A stretch of DNA of 64,000 nt from the sequence record MN850633.1, one strand, 5' to 3'. The stretch comes from Escherichia phage allfine. This document shows positions 1 through 10,136 of the stretch, in pieces; within the stretch, counting starts at the first letter, position 1, and every line of letters begins with the position of its first letter. The position numbers were made by a program, and so were the translations under genes. A model generated the notes under the pieces. It was not told where the DNA came from. It worked only from the letters and a program-made list of their open reading frames with translations, and did not search any database.

Positions 1-24
1 ACAAGAACTTATTGACATTGAGTA

Positions 25-258
25 TTGGAGACATCAAAAATGACACTTGCAGACGTTATTCAGCAACTTCACGACAATTGCTACACTCCAGAGATGATTC
101 AGGAGATGCTTATTGTAGTGATGCCTAGTAAGTTCGTAAAAGGTTTTAATAGTGACTCTTTAAGGTCTGCACACATTCTTATTGTTGAAGGGAAGATTGC
201 AAAAGACCGCACTGGAGTCCTTAAGGGTGAACGTATTGATATTGGCTTATCCTTTTAA
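25..258 (+). CDS. hypothetical protein (77 aa)
   Basis: ORF in track; co-oriented with downstream early genes; no recognisable motif. Confidence 0.35.
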   Translation: METSKMTLADVIQQLHDNCYTPEMIQEMLIVVMPSKFVKGFNSDSLRSAHILIVEGKIAKDRTGVLKGERIDIGLSF

Positions 259-267
259 GGGAAAACT

Positions 268-474
268 ATGCAAGTCTTAGTAAACTATACCTATCGTTAT
301 GATGTTGTTCACTCCACTACAACTGTAGCTCAACGTAATCCAATAGTTCCACGAGAAGGTGAGTTTGTTCGCATTGAGGGTTGGACTTACACTGTGGAAA
401 GCATCATTCATAAGTTTGATGTTGCTGGTGATGTTCAAGTTATCGACGTAGAGATTGGTGGTAAGAGAAAATGA
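268..474 (+). CDS. hypothetical protein (68 aa)
   Basis: ORF in track; stop overlaps ligase start (ATGA coupling at 471-474). Confidence 0.4.
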   Translation: MQVLVNYTYRYDVVHSTTTVAQRNPIVPREGEFVRIEGWTYTVESIIHKFDVAGDVQVIDVEIGGKRK

Positions 475-1574
475 CAATTCTGTACAAACAAAATAAAGAT
501 GGTTCCTTCAACGTCTGGTCATGTGTTGCTGTAGGTGACAAAGTTATTACAACCTACGGTAAAGAAAATGGCAAGATGATGTTTGAAGAGTACACAGCAG
601 AACCGAAAAACATCGGTAAAAAGAATGAGCGTAACGCTGAACAGCAAGCTCTCTTTGAAGTTGCTGCTAAGTATAAAAAGCAAGTTGACCGTAAAGGCTA
701 CGCTTACACAAAAGAGTCTGCAAAGAATACTGAGAAGGTAGGTGTACAGCTTGCTCATGATGCTGCAAAGGTTAGCCATGCAAAGTATCTGAAGTTCCCT
801 GCTGATGCTCAACCGAAGCTTGATGGTGTACGTTGTAGGATTTCAAGGCACTTGAGTATTGGAAGTGTATTTACAGCATATTCTCGTGAGAATACTGTTT
901 ACAAAATCCCTACTGAACTAATACCTGACATTATGGCAATGTTAAGGCTCCACAAAGATGTTGATGAATTTGATGGAGAGATTTATGCTCATGGGTGGGA
1001 CTTAGAAGATATTGTATCCATGATTAAAAATGAAGACAATCCTGACAGACACTTACTTAAGTTCTACTGGTATGATATCTGTGACAGTACTAAAACGTGG
1101 CCTGAGCGTAGAGATATTATTGAGACTTCACCATTGAATGACTTTAGAGACGGCTGTAAAGTTGTCCCTGTTAAATCTCGTCGTGTAAATTCTTGGGAAG
1201 AGTTTGATGAAGCTCATGATAAGTGGGTTGAAGCTAAGTTTGAAGGTGCAATGTACCGTTCAATCTCTGAAGAATCTTTCTACGAGTGTGGTCACCGTTC
1301 ATACTTCTTGATTAAACACAAGAAGATGCACACTGAAGAGTTTAAAGTGACTGGTGTAAAGACCGATAAGCGTGGTCATGGCAAGTTCGTTGTAGAGACT
1401 CTTCCTAATGTCTTTGTAGATGTTTCATGGAAAACTACCCATGAGAAGAAGAAGTATCTTGCTGAACATCCTGAAGAGTTTATCGGGAAACCTTTAACGG
1501 TTCAGTTCCAGAAGATGACTCGTAAGGGGTCTTTACAGTTCCCTGTAGGGCTAGTTATTAGGGATTATGAATAA
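471..1574 (+). CDS. ATP-dependent DNA ligase
   Basis: Adenylation motif I KxDGxR present as PKLDGVRC; size 367 aa typical of phage ATP-dependent ligases. Confidence 0.75.
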   Translation: MTILYKQNKDGSFNVWSCVAVGDKVITTYGKENGKMMFEEYTAEPKNIGKKNERNAEQQALFEVAAKYKKQVDRKGYAYTKESAKNTEKVGVQLAHDAAKVSHAKYLKFPADAQPKLDGVRCRISRHLSIGSVFTAYSRENTVYKIPTELIPDIMAMLRLHKDVDEFDGEIYAHGWDLEDIVSMIKNEDNPDRHLLKFYWYDICDSTKTWPERRDIIETSPLNDFRDGCKVVPVKSRRVNSWEEFDEAHDKWVEAKFEGAMYRSISEESFYECGHRSYFLIKHKKMHTEEFKVTGVKTDKRGHGKFVVETLPNVFVDVSWKTTHEKKKYLAEHPEEFIGKPLTVQFQKMTRKGSLQFPVGLVIRDYE

Positions 1575-1577
1575 ACT

Positions 1578-1724
1578 ATGTTCAGTACAGTCATTCTGTT
1601 TATACTGGTTGTCTTTGTATTGTCATACGTTGCAAGTAAGCTTTTGGACACATCTTTTGCAATGGGTGTCTTGTTTACAATCTTTTGTTTCGTGACACAT
1701 ATAGCTATCAGAACTTTTTTATAA
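1578..1724 (+). CDS. small hydrophobic peptide (48 aa, two predicted TM segments)
   Basis: Read by eye: ATG at 1578 directly after ligase stop, translation MFSTVILFILVVFVLSYVAS...; below 60 aa track cutoff; opposite-strand track ORF 1565-1795 considered spurious. Confidence 0.3.
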   Translation: MFSTVILFILVVFVLSYVASKLLDTSFAMGVLFTIFCFVTHIAIRTFL

Positions 1725-1731
1725 AAAGTTG

Positions 1732-1759
1732 TTGACATAGAAAATTTGGTGAGTATACT
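1732..1759 (+). promoter_or_regulatory. sigma70-like promoter TTGACA-16-TATACT
   Basis: TTGACA at 1732-1737, TATACT at 1754-1759, 16 nt spacer. Confidence 0.45.
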
Positions 1760-1789
1760 GAGCAGCATAAACCAACGGGTACTCACCAG

Positions 1790-2150
1790 CATCACTTAAG
1801 AGTCTTCTAAGAGGGTTTTTAAGTGATGTCCGGTAGGGCGAGGTCGGGTTTGGTATTGTCCGGTATGGTCGGGTAAAGTACAGTACGGCAAGGTAAAGTA
1901 GGGTATGGGTAGTTAATCGGAGCTACATTAAAATTCGATTGCATCACTTAAGAGCCTTTAAATTATACTCGATAGGTTATCTCATAGGGTTTTTAAGTAA
2001 TGTTTGGCAAGGCAAGGTGCAGCCCGGTCGGGTAAGGCGCGGTGAGGTATGGTAAAGTGTGGGTGGATGGTAGTAGCCACGTTAAAAATCTACCAAGTTT
2101 CTAAAGAGTCTTCTGTTGAGGGTTCTTTACAAACAACTTAACAATCAACT
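1790..2150 (+). repeat. structured non-coding element, copy 1: hairpin, GGT-periodic tract, conserved ~50 nt box, second hairpin, second GGT tract, hairpin TGGTAG/CTACCA
   Basis: 10 bp inverted repeat CATCACTTAA/TTAAGTGATG at 1790-1828; box 1904-1955 identical to 3313-3363 apart from one substitution; G/T-rich GGT-phased tracts; no ORF. Confidence 0.6.
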
Positions 2151-2152
2151 AA

Positions 2153-2758
<606 letters not shown>

Positions 2759-2760
2759 TT

Positions 2761-3201
2761 ATGAATACAAAAGCATTAGCAGCAAAGTTTAGTTACGGTG
2801 ATACTGTATCACATTCTGAGATGGACACCTTCTTAGGTATTGTGAAGCCAACTTATCAAGGTGACATTGTTAAGTACGAAGATGAAATGAAGGCTTATGC
2901 ACTTACACGTCTAAACCGACTTGAGAAGTTTATTGAAAAGCTTCTTAAAGAAGAGAAGATTTATCTGGTTGCTTCAATGGGTGTTGGTTATCGTGTGGTT
3001 GAACCTAAGCATCAAGCAACTATTGCAAAACGTAAAATGTCTGGTAAGATTGGTCGTGCTTTAAAGCAAGCCACTCAAGCGATTGAGAATGTGAACACTA
3101 TGGCACTTAGTCATCAAGAACGTTCACGACTGATTGAACAGCAAAACCATTTAGCTGCTATGAAAGCTAACATTAACAAGCAACGTAGAAAACCTTTCTA
3201 A
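2761..3201 (+). CDS. hypothetical protein (146 aa)
   Basis: ORF in track, tightly packed with upstream gene. Confidence 0.5.
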   Translation: MNTKALAAKFSYGDTVSHSEMDTFLGIVKPTYQGDIVKYEDEMKAYALTRLNRLEKFIEKLLKEEKIYLVASMGVGYRVVEPKHQATIAKRKMSGKIGRALKQATQAIENVNTMALSHQERSRLIEQQNHLAAMKANINKQRRKPF

Positions 3202-3210
3202 GTTGACTAG

Positions 3211-3236
3211 GAAGCCTCTTCGGAGGCTCCTTTTTA
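3211..3236 (+). terminator. intrinsic terminator
   Basis: Hairpin AGCCTC-TTCG-GAGGCT followed by TTTTT at 3231-3235. Confidence 0.55.
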
Positions 3237-3239
3237 AAA

Positions 3240-3500
3240 GGTCTTTAAACAGGGTCTTTTAATAAGGTAGGATAGGGTGGTGTATGGTTTGGTAAGGTTG
3301 TGTAAGGTAAGGTATGGGTAGTTAATCGGAGCTACATTAAAATTCGATTACATCACTTAAGAGTCTTCTAAGAGGATTTTTAAGTGATGCTCTGTCGGGT
3401 TTGGTCGGGTTTGGTAGGGTGTGGCTCGGTATGGTGTGGTTTGGTGTGGTAAGGTATGGAAGGATGGCAGTAGCCTTATAAAAAATCTGCCAAATAAGCT
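3240..3500 (+). repeat. structured non-coding element, copy 2 (paralog of 1790-2150)
   Basis: Same module order: GGT-periodic tract, conserved box 3313-3363, hairpin 3351-3389, GGT tract, hairpin TGGCAG/CTGCCA 3465-3492 with compensatory change relative to copy 1. Confidence 0.6.
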
Positions 3501-3510
3501 ATAAAATCTG

Positions 3511-3539
3511 TTGACAAGTCAGGTGTTATAGCTTATTTT
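3511..3539 (+). promoter_or_regulatory. candidate sigma70-like promoter TTGACA-17-TATTTT
   Basis: TTGACA at 3511-3516; weak -10 at 3534-3539; RBS GAGG before ATG 3584. Confidence 0.3.
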
Positions 3540-3583
3540 TATACTCAATGTAATACAAAATTTAATATAACTTTGAGGTCATT

Positions 3584-3967
3584 ATGAAAAAGATTTTATT
3601 AGCTGCTGCAATGGTTATGGCAATGAATTTACCAGTCAATGCAACAGAACTCCCAAATGTGGACTTATCAGGTGTTCCAGAAGACACTTGCCAGATTGTT
3701 AAAGGTGTTGCTCTAGCTAATGGTGAGCTACTTAAACCAATCTCTGAAGAGTCTTTGACAGAGATGACTGATAAGGTAACTGACTATCAATATCGCGTTC
3801 TTGCAGAGTATTTCCTGCAATCTGCAAACATTAAAGAGAAACACCATGATGATATTGATGTACAGGCGATGCTCAACCACCGTATCCAGTTTAAAGAAGA
3901 TTTGATGCAAAAAGCTATGTACGGTGTTGAGTATTTCTTAGAAAACAGAAGCTGCACAGGTATTTGA
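3584..3967 (+). CDS. secreted/periplasmic protein with N-terminal signal peptide
   Basis: N-terminus MKKILLAAAMVMAMNLPVNA is signal-peptide-like. Confidence 0.5.
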   Translation: MKKILLAAAMVMAMNLPVNATELPNVDLSGVPEDTCQIVKGVALANGELLKPISEESLTEMTDKVTDYQYRVLAEYFLQSANIKEKHHDDIDVQAMLNHRIQFKEDLMQKAMYGVEYFLENRSCTGI

Positions 3968-3968
3968 T

Positions 3969-4181
3969 ATGGCTCTTAAAAAGTTACATCCCAGAAGCGG
4001 TTATGGTAAGATAATTGACGATACAGATGGCTTTACAGTCTTTACAGTTATCTGTCAAGATGATTCACAGATTGAAAAGGCTCTTGATGATTATCTTAAC
4101 GATGAACGTGAAAAGGTTAGGGCTACAAACATAGATTCATTGATTGACACTTCACGCAAACGGAAGAAGAAAGATGAATGA
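3969..4181 (+). CDS. hypothetical protein (70 aa)
   Basis: ORF in track. Confidence 0.4.
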   Translation: MALKKLHPRSGYGKIIDDTDGFTVFTVICQDDSQIEKALDDYLNDEREKVRATNIDSLIDTSRKRKKKDE

Positions 4182-4473
4182 GGTTTTTGACCCTTATGCC
4201 CCACAAGATGATTGGGAGGCTGATAGAGAGACTGAAATGGAGAGTTATATTTGTCCAATGGATGTAGACGAAATGAGAGGCTTCGTTGCACATCGTTTTA
4301 AGAGAGAGATTAAATCCAGAGGTCTTTCTCAAGAGCAAGTTGCTAAAATTTGTGGTATCTCTCAAGCTCGTGTATCCAACATAATCCACCTCACTGGGAA
4401 TGTTTCTCTTGAGTATATGTTGGAAGTATGTGAAAAATTTGGTGTTAATTTCAATTTAAGGTTGGCAGATTAA
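4174..4473 (+). CDS. helix-turn-helix DNA-binding protein
   Basis: Track ORF 4144-4473, start moved to internal ATG 4174; HTH-like segment LSQEQVAKICGISQARVSNIIHL. Confidence 0.45.
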   Translation: MNEVFDPYAPQDDWEADRETEMESYICPMDVDEMRGFVAHRFKREIKSRGLSQEQVAKICGISQARVSNIIHLTGNVSLEYMLEVCEKFGVNFNLRLAD

Positions 4474-4474
4474 T

Positions 4475-4834
4475 ATGAAACGTGAAAACATTATCCACTC
4501 TGAAAACTTCGCATTAGGCTTTTATGGTGTACCTACTCACCTTGAAAAGTATTATGGTGTAAAGATTCTTTCCAATCTCATTACGGCTTACAAAGATGGT
4601 AAGATTAAGCATACTGAGAAGAAACGTGTCATGGGTTATATGGCTGTAGGTTCAGCAATCTCGAACATTAAGTTGGAAACAACTAGCAGTCAGATTGTAA
4701 AAGACCACTTCATCAAAGAGCTTTACCAAAATCTTGATGGTGTAGATGTTCAGGCTGTTTGGCTGGATGTTGATGGTCATAACTACACAAGTTTTGTTTT
4801 CAAAAACGATGACATTAAGTGCTTGTTCCCATAA
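4475..4834 (+). CDS. hypothetical protein (119 aa)
   Basis: ORF in track. Confidence 0.45.
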   Translation: MKRENIIHSENFALGFYGVPTHLEKYYGVKILSNLITAYKDGKIKHTEKKRVMGYMAVGSAISNIKLETTSSQIVKDHFIKELYQNLDGVDVQAVWLDVDGHNYTSFVFKNDDIKCLFP

Positions 4835-4847
4835 TAGGTGATTAACT

Positions 4848-5363
4848 ATGATTGATATCTTCTTACAAGATGCTCATGCAGATTTCCTTAAAGAGATGCT
4901 TAAAAAGTTTATGGCTTCACAGTATGAGAATGAAGCATCTTTTAAAATAGTTACATGTGGCGATGAAGCTGGTTTTGTTGAGATTGAGCATGAAGGTACT
5001 GGAAAGACTGTTTGTAAGTTACCTGATAGTATGTTCTCTAAAACGTTCTTAACAAAGACTAGTATAAATGTTAAGCTTGTACCACAGATTGAAACATACT
5101 CTGGTACAGATTACCCTAAAGGGTTTAAGTCACTGATGAAGTACTTCTTAGATGACTTTGTGGGTAATCTTCTGAGGGAGGTAAAAGAAAGTCGTACAGT
5201 GTTAACTGTAGAGAACATGGGAGGAACTATAAAGGTTACTTCTGACTGTTTTGTTATGAGCCTCTTCGACTTCGTTCCTAAGAACTTTGATGGTATTCTG
5301 GATGAAGAAGATGACTGTGTAGACTTTATATTGGTTCTTGAGCCAGTTTTTGAGGTTAAATAG
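4848..5363 (+). CDS. hypothetical protein (171 aa)
   Basis: ORF in track. Confidence 0.45.
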   Translation: MIDIFLQDAHADFLKEMLKKFMASQYENEASFKIVTCGDEAGFVEIEHEGTGKTVCKLPDSMFSKTFLTKTSINVKLVPQIETYSGTDYPKGFKSLMKYFLDDFVGNLLREVKESRTVLTVENMGGTIKVTSDCFVMSLFDFVPKNFDGILDEEDDCVDFILVLEPVFEVK

Positions 5364-5624
5364 ATGAAAATTGAACACTGCTATGAGTCTGATGGAACAC
5401 CTATCCGATGCCCACATTGTGGATGTACAGACTTACAAGGTGAAGTTCATGTGATTGTTAATGGTCATATAGCTGAAGAGAGTACAACATGTGTTGGTTG
5501 TGGTGAGCATCTATCATTCTGGGCTTATGGTTCATACCAACCTACACCACACTTAATCTACCATAGCAATAAAGCTGTGAAGAATGTTATCAACTGGTTT
5601 ATTAAGAAAGGATTTACAAAATGA
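5364..5624 (+). CDS. zinc-ribbon protein
   Basis: CPHCGC ... CVGCGEH, two CxxC pairs. Confidence 0.45.
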   Translation: MKIEHCYESDGTPIRCPHCGCTDLQGEVHVIVNGHIAEESTTCVGCGEHLSFWAYGSYQPTPHLIYHSNKAVKNVINWFIKKGFTK

Positions 5625-6166
5625 TTAAATTAATCTTTGCAAGTGGTGAAAATGGTGAGTTTGGTACTCCAACTGGTATGCCGTGGCCTCGACATAAACA
5701 GGACATGCAAGAGTTTAAGAGACTCACTAAAAATAACTTAGTAGTCATGGGTAATGAGACTTTTAAGACTCTGGGTAGTAAACCTTTACCAGAACGTGCA
5801 AACCTCATCTTAACAAATTCTGTACCATACTTAGGCATAGACTTTGGCAAAGATGATGTAATGTATGCTAAAGCCAGTAAAGAGTCATTTGGAGCATTTT
5901 TGAAGTATCTTGATAGCTCTATTGATGAAGATGTCTTTGTAATTGGTGGTGCAGGTATCCTTGTCAATGCTTTACCGTATGCTAGTGTGGTGTTCCATAC
6001 TGTTTTCCATAAAGTTACTGAAGAGGCCACTGTGCATTTACCTTTTGAAAACTTCTTTGAGAAGCTGTATGATAACCGTGTGTTTACAAAGGTACAGTCA
6101 AAACCATCAGAGGATGGTAAAGCAACTTTTGAAATTTATGTTCCACAAGTAAAAGGACACTTTTGA
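5621..6166 (+). CDS. dihydrofolate reductase
   Basis: N-terminal LIFA...MPW signature and length 181 aa typical of DHFR; immediately upstream of thymidylate synthase. Confidence 0.75.
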   Translation: MIKLIFASGENGEFGTPTGMPWPRHKQDMQEFKRLTKNNLVVMGNETFKTLGSKPLPERANLILTNSVPYLGIDFGKDDVMYAKASKESFGAFLKYLDSSIDEDVFVIGGAGILVNALPYASVVFHTVFHKVTEEATVHLPFENFFEKLYDNRVFTKVQSKPSEDGKATFEIYVPQVKGHF

Positions 6167-6167
6167 T

Positions 6168-7067
6168 ATGTCACAAGCAGATACAAGTTACAAAAATATC
6201 CTGAACCATGTTTTATCAGTCGGTGAACTGCGTACTACACGAACTGGGGATGTTATCTCTGCATTTGCTCCACCTAAGTTTCGTTTTGATATGCGAACTG
6301 GTTTCCCGCTCTTAACATCTAAACAGGTGTTTACACGGCAAGTTATTGGGGAAGCTTTATGGTTCCTGAATGGCGAGAATAAACTTGGTGAACTCCGTTA
6401 CCGTACTTGGGGTGAAAATGATGGAGAACGCTGGACTATCTGGTCAGATGATTTTAAACGCTGGTTAAGTTCTAACTATTCTTCTGAACAAGACTGGTTA
6501 GAAGATGCAGGTGGGAGAATCTACGGGGTTCAGTGGAGAAACTTTGAAGGTCATAACGGTTGTGTTGTAGACCAGCTAGAGACCTTAGTAACGAAGATGA
6601 AGGGTGATATCACAGACCGTTACATGCTTGTGAATGCTTGGAATGCAGCAGATATTGCAGCAAACTCAATGGCTCTAGCACCTTGCCATGTTCTGTTTCA
6701 GATTTATATTACTAACGAGGGTGAAGTTGACTTACAGTGGTATCAGCGTTCAGTAGACACCTTTTTAGGACTTCCGTTTAATATTGCATCTTATGGTTTT
6801 ATTCTGGAAGTTCTTTGTAAGATGACTGGATACACTCCACGGTACTTGATAGGTGTCTTTGGAGATACTCAGATTTATCAGAATCATATGAAGCAGGTTT
6901 ATGAACTGATGAACAATGAAGAGTTCCATGCACCAACTTTTGAGATTGGTCTACAACTTAATACTTTAAGTGACCTGAAACATCTTACTGCAAGTGACTT
7001 TATCGGTGGAATTAGTAACTACCAACATGCAGGAAAGATTGAAGCACCTTTGTCAGTAGGCAAGTAG
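6168..7067 (+). CDS. thyA: thymidylate synthase
   Basis: Catalytic-site motifs ALAPCH and RSVDTFLGLPFNIASY. Confidence 0.9.
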   Translation: MSQADTSYKNILNHVLSVGELRTTRTGDVISAFAPPKFRFDMRTGFPLLTSKQVFTRQVIGEALWFLNGENKLGELRYRTWGENDGERWTIWSDDFKRWLSSNYSSEQDWLEDAGGRIYGVQWRNFEGHNGCVVDQLETLVTKMKGDITDRYMLVNAWNAADIAANSMALAPCHVLFQIYITNEGEVDLQWYQRSVDTFLGLPFNIASYGFILEVLCKMTGYTPRYLIGVFGDTQIYQNHMKQVYELMNNEEFHAPTFEIGLQLNTLSDLKHLTASDFIGGISNYQHAGKIEAPLSVGK

Positions 7068-7076
7068 AAACAAAAA

Positions 7077-7096
7077 GGCTCCCGTAAAAAGGAGCC
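7077..7096. terminator. bidirectional intrinsic terminator between convergent gene blocks
   Basis: Hairpin GGCTCC-CGTAAAAA-GGAGCC flanked by A/T runs on both sides. Confidence 0.55.
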
Positions 7097-7104
7097 TTAA
7101 AATT

Positions 7105-7476
7105 TTATTTTTCAGTATTCTTTGTGTTCTTTTCAGTAATAGCTTGGAGGGCTGATACTGATTGAGCCAGATTGTTCACACTATCAGAGAATTTATCAAG
7201 AGTCTTAGTAAGTTTTGCGTTCTCTCCCTTAACATTCTCTAACTGGACTTTCTGGTTCTCCATCCCTAGCTGAAGCAGCCTCATATCAGACTGTAAATCA
7301 CGAATAGCTGAATAATTGCTTTTGGAATAATTATCTAGCTGTTGTAACTTTGTTGTGATAGACACTTCTTGTTTACCATCCGAAACTTGCATGGTGGTAT
7401 ACATCCCAATAACACTAAAAATACCAACTACAATTGCACCAATATTATTTTTAAAAGCTTCCTCCAGCCACTTCAT
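7105..7476 (-). CDS. membrane-anchored coiled-coil protein
   Basis: N-terminal hydrophobic segment IGAIVVGIFSVIGMY then heptad-like region; downstream of tail fibre genes. Confidence 0.4.
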   Translation of the reverse strand: MKWLEEAFKNNIGAIVVGIFSVIGMYTTMQVSDGKQEVSITTKLQQLDNYSKSNYSAIRDLQSDMRLLQLGMENQKVQLENVKGENAKLTKTLDKFSDSVNNLAQSVSALQAITEKNTKNTEK

Positions 7477-7671
7477 TTATTTCTCCCCCTTAAAAGCTTT
7501 TTCTAAGTTATCTACGAACTCATCATCAATAGGTGTGTCTGTCTTACTCGCAAGGTATCTTGCAAGCCTAAAGAACACTTTCTCAATCATGTATTCACTT
7601 AGAAGGGATAAAATGAGTTTCCAGAAGAAGCTACCTAGATTTTTTAGAAGAATTGCTAGGATTGTAGGCAT
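7477..7671 (-). CDS. small membrane protein (64 aa)
   Basis: Hydrophobic N-terminus; abuts next gene. Confidence 0.35.
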   Translation of the reverse strand: MPTILAILLKNLGSFFWKLILSLLSEYMIEKVFFRLARYLASKTDTPIDDEFVDNLEKAFKGEK

Positions 7672-7750
7672 TTAATCACCTCATCAGCCAAGATGGTGAG
7701 AATACCCATAAAGAATATTAACACCATCTTAACAATCAGTCAACAAGGGA

Positions 7751-10090
7751 TTAAGCAGTTCTCACCCAAGCCATTAACTTGTAGAACTGGTTAGTGACAC
7801 TAAATGCTGAACCAGAACCTGTACCACCAGTGTTACCACTAACTGTATGCCTGTGAGCACCAATACCAACACTGTGAGCATGGTTACCAGCAGAAGCAGC
7901 AGTACCACTTACAGAGTGGGTGTGAGCACCGTTAGCATCAGTGTAACCCGGCCCTGAACCAACGTATGCACCACCACCACCAGAATAGTGCTGTGAGTTC
8001 TGACCAATCCACGAAATGGAATGGTTGTGGTTACCAGCAGATGAAGTAGAGCCACTTACAGAGTGTGTGTGAGCACCAGTCGTGTTAGTGTTTTTTGTTC
8101 CGTAGTCAAACGATGAGGTAGTCGCAGAAAAACTGTGAGTGTGTGAAGGTAAGTTACCAACAGCTAACGTCACAGAGTCTGAACCACCAGTTGTAGCAAC
8201 ATCTGAACCGTTTGCTGCTGCAATTCTGATAGTTCTACCAACACCATTGTTCAGATACGTCCAAGTTAGACCAGGCAGTGCTGTATTAGGGTCAACATTA
8301 CTGTTAAACCATGTCACAATACCCACTGGGTAGATTTTATTAAGGTCTGTAGAGTCACTTACCGCCTGTGCAATCTTCTGGTCAGTTTCTGCTTTAGTGT
8401 ATGCACCAAGCTCTGAAGGGGTTGGTTTCTGAGCTTCAGTGTAAACCTTAGACCATTCAACCTCAAAGCCAAGTGTGTCTCTGGCTGACCTGTACCACAT
8501 CCCACCATTTTTCGATTCAAATCTTAATTGTGCAGATGGTGTTAGGGCTTTCGCATTAGAGGCCATGTGCAAGACTAAACGGTTTTGCCCGCTAGATTTT
8601 GTCTCAAGATAGATTCCTGAGGGTTGGTCCCAAGCCACACCACCAGCAGCCTCGGTCTTCGAAGCTCTGAATGCTGACCAGAAATACTTTGAATCGGCTT
8701 CGGCTTTACCGTAATACCTTGCATCAAAGTTTGTGAAGTTGCTAGGTTGTACTTGACCACCAATTACTAAGGTTGCATTAATTGCTACTTCGGAACCAAT
8801 GCTTAGGGTTTTACCAGTTTTATAGTTATATACATTAAGAGTGTCACTCTCACTGTTATTACCAACATACCACCTATTCGTTCCATCATAGTCCTTACCT
8901 CTAATGTAAAGTGCTGCGGTTGTCTTTCCTTGTAACGTAAGAGCTTCACCATCAGTGTTAATAACCTGCTTTGCAGTGAACGTGTTACTTGCATTAGTTC
9001 TTGCAATTGTACTTAATGTTGCTGCTGGAATGTATCTAGAGTCAATGTTAGTCCAATCTGAAGGTTGAACTTGACCAGTGATTTTTAGTGTTGTATTGAT
9101 AGCGGCATTTGAACCAATAGTGAGTTTACCACCAGTTTTGTAATTCTCTAGTGATACATCATCACCGCCGTTGGCGCATCCAACATACCACCTGTTAGCA
9201 CCAGAAGAGTCAATAGCCTTGATGTACAATGGCTGGCTAACTGATGAATTTTGCAACCTTAACACTTCACCATCACGTTTAATTGTGTTAAAGCCATTAA
9301 ACACATTTGCACCACTAAAGGTATTATTACCAGTTAACTGTGCAAATCTCTGATTAGCTGCTGTCTGAGTAAAATATCTAGCATCTAAGTTAGAGAAGTC
9401 AGAGGGTTGAACTTGACCAGTAATAGCAAGGGTTTTATTAATAGCAACACTTGTGCCTAGAGTAATGGTTGAACCTTGTTCACTCTCAATTTGAACATCA
9501 CGGCTGCCTTTAATTAGGTTCCCGATAGCCCAAACTTTTTCATTACTAGCATCCCTAGCTACAACAGCAGTGTATGCCTCACTAGCACTTGCAGGGTTTC
9601 TTAGTGTTAGAATCTCTCCATTTGCTGTAATAGTCTGCTTGACGTTAAACGTGTTTGAGTTAGCCAACCTTGCATACCTTGCATCATTCTCTTCATTAGT
9701 TCTCATCCCAAGTTCATTAGGGCTTGGCTTATTCAAAGTATGGTAAACAGTTGCTGACCTTGAAGCATCTGCAATAGTTAGTTTAAGGCCATTTGCGTTG
9801 ATTTTAAAAGACTTTAAAACATCCCCCATAGTAATCTCAGAAGAGCCTGTAGGGTCAAATACTGCCTTACCACCATAAAGTAACTTGACAATTCCTAAGT
9901 CACCCGTCATAGTGCTACCAGCAATCTGGACAAATCTTTCTAGTTTAAAAGATGCTAAGAAGTCTTGATAGGTCATTCGACGGTCTTCATCACCCAGCAT
10001 TTCAGGTCTCTTTTTAACCCTGACATGAAGAAGGTCGTCTGAACGAATTGTATCAATTGAGTTTAATTCACTCAACTTGTAATCTGCCAT
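7751..10090 (-). CDS. tail fibre protein with His-x-His repeat tip
   Basis: 779 aa; C-terminal repeats GAHTHSVSG / NHNHS / NHAHS like metal-binding HxH tips of myovirus fibres. Confidence 0.7.
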   Translation of the reverse strand: MADYKLSELNSIDTIRSDDLLHVRVKKRPEMLGDEDRRMTYQDFLASFKLERFVQIAGSTMTGDLGIVKLLYGGKAVFDPTGSSEITMGDVLKSFKINANGLKLTIADASRSATVYHTLNKPSPNELGMRTNEENDARYARLANSNTFNVKQTITANGEILTLRNPASASEAYTAVVARDASNEKVWAIGNLIKGSRDVQIESEQGSTITLGTSVAINKTLAITGQVQPSDFSNLDARYFTQTAANQRFAQLTGNNTFSGANVFNGFNTIKRDGEVLRLQNSSVSQPLYIKAIDSSGANRWYVGCANGGDDVSLENYKTGGKLTIGSNAAINTTLKITGQVQPSDWTNIDSRYIPAATLSTIARTNASNTFTAKQVINTDGEALTLQGKTTAALYIRGKDYDGTNRWYVGNNSESDTLNVYNYKTGKTLSIGSEVAINATLVIGGQVQPSNFTNFDARYYGKAEADSKYFWSAFRASKTEAAGGVAWDQPSGIYLETKSSGQNRLVLHMASNAKALTPSAQLRFESKNGGMWYRSARDTLGFEVEWSKVYTEAQKPTPSELGAYTKAETDQKIAQAVSDSTDLNKIYPVGIVTWFNSNVDPNTALPGLTWTYLNNGVGRTIRIAAANGSDVATTGGSDSVTLAVGNLPSHTHSFSATTSSFDYGTKNTNTTGAHTHSVSGSTSSAGNHNHSISWIGQNSQHYSGGGGAYVGSGPGYTDANGAHTHSVSGTAASAGNHAHSVGIGAHRHTVSGNTGGTGSGSAFSVTNQFYKLMAWVRTA

Positions 10091-10136
10091 TATAAATTTT
10101 CCTCTTAAAAGGGGCTATAAAGCCCCTGTAAAGAAA

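Noticed and set aside
1565-1795. Track ORF on the minus strand (76 aa)
   Set aside because: Overlaps a strong plus-strand promoter and a plus-strand small ORF that follows the ligase stop directly; no upstream signals on the minus strand
3511-3516. Strong consensus promoter at the TTGACA upstream of the signal-peptide gene
   Set aside because: Kept only as a low-confidence feature: the best -10 with acceptable spacing (TATTTT) is weak and the consensus-like TATACT lies 23 nt away
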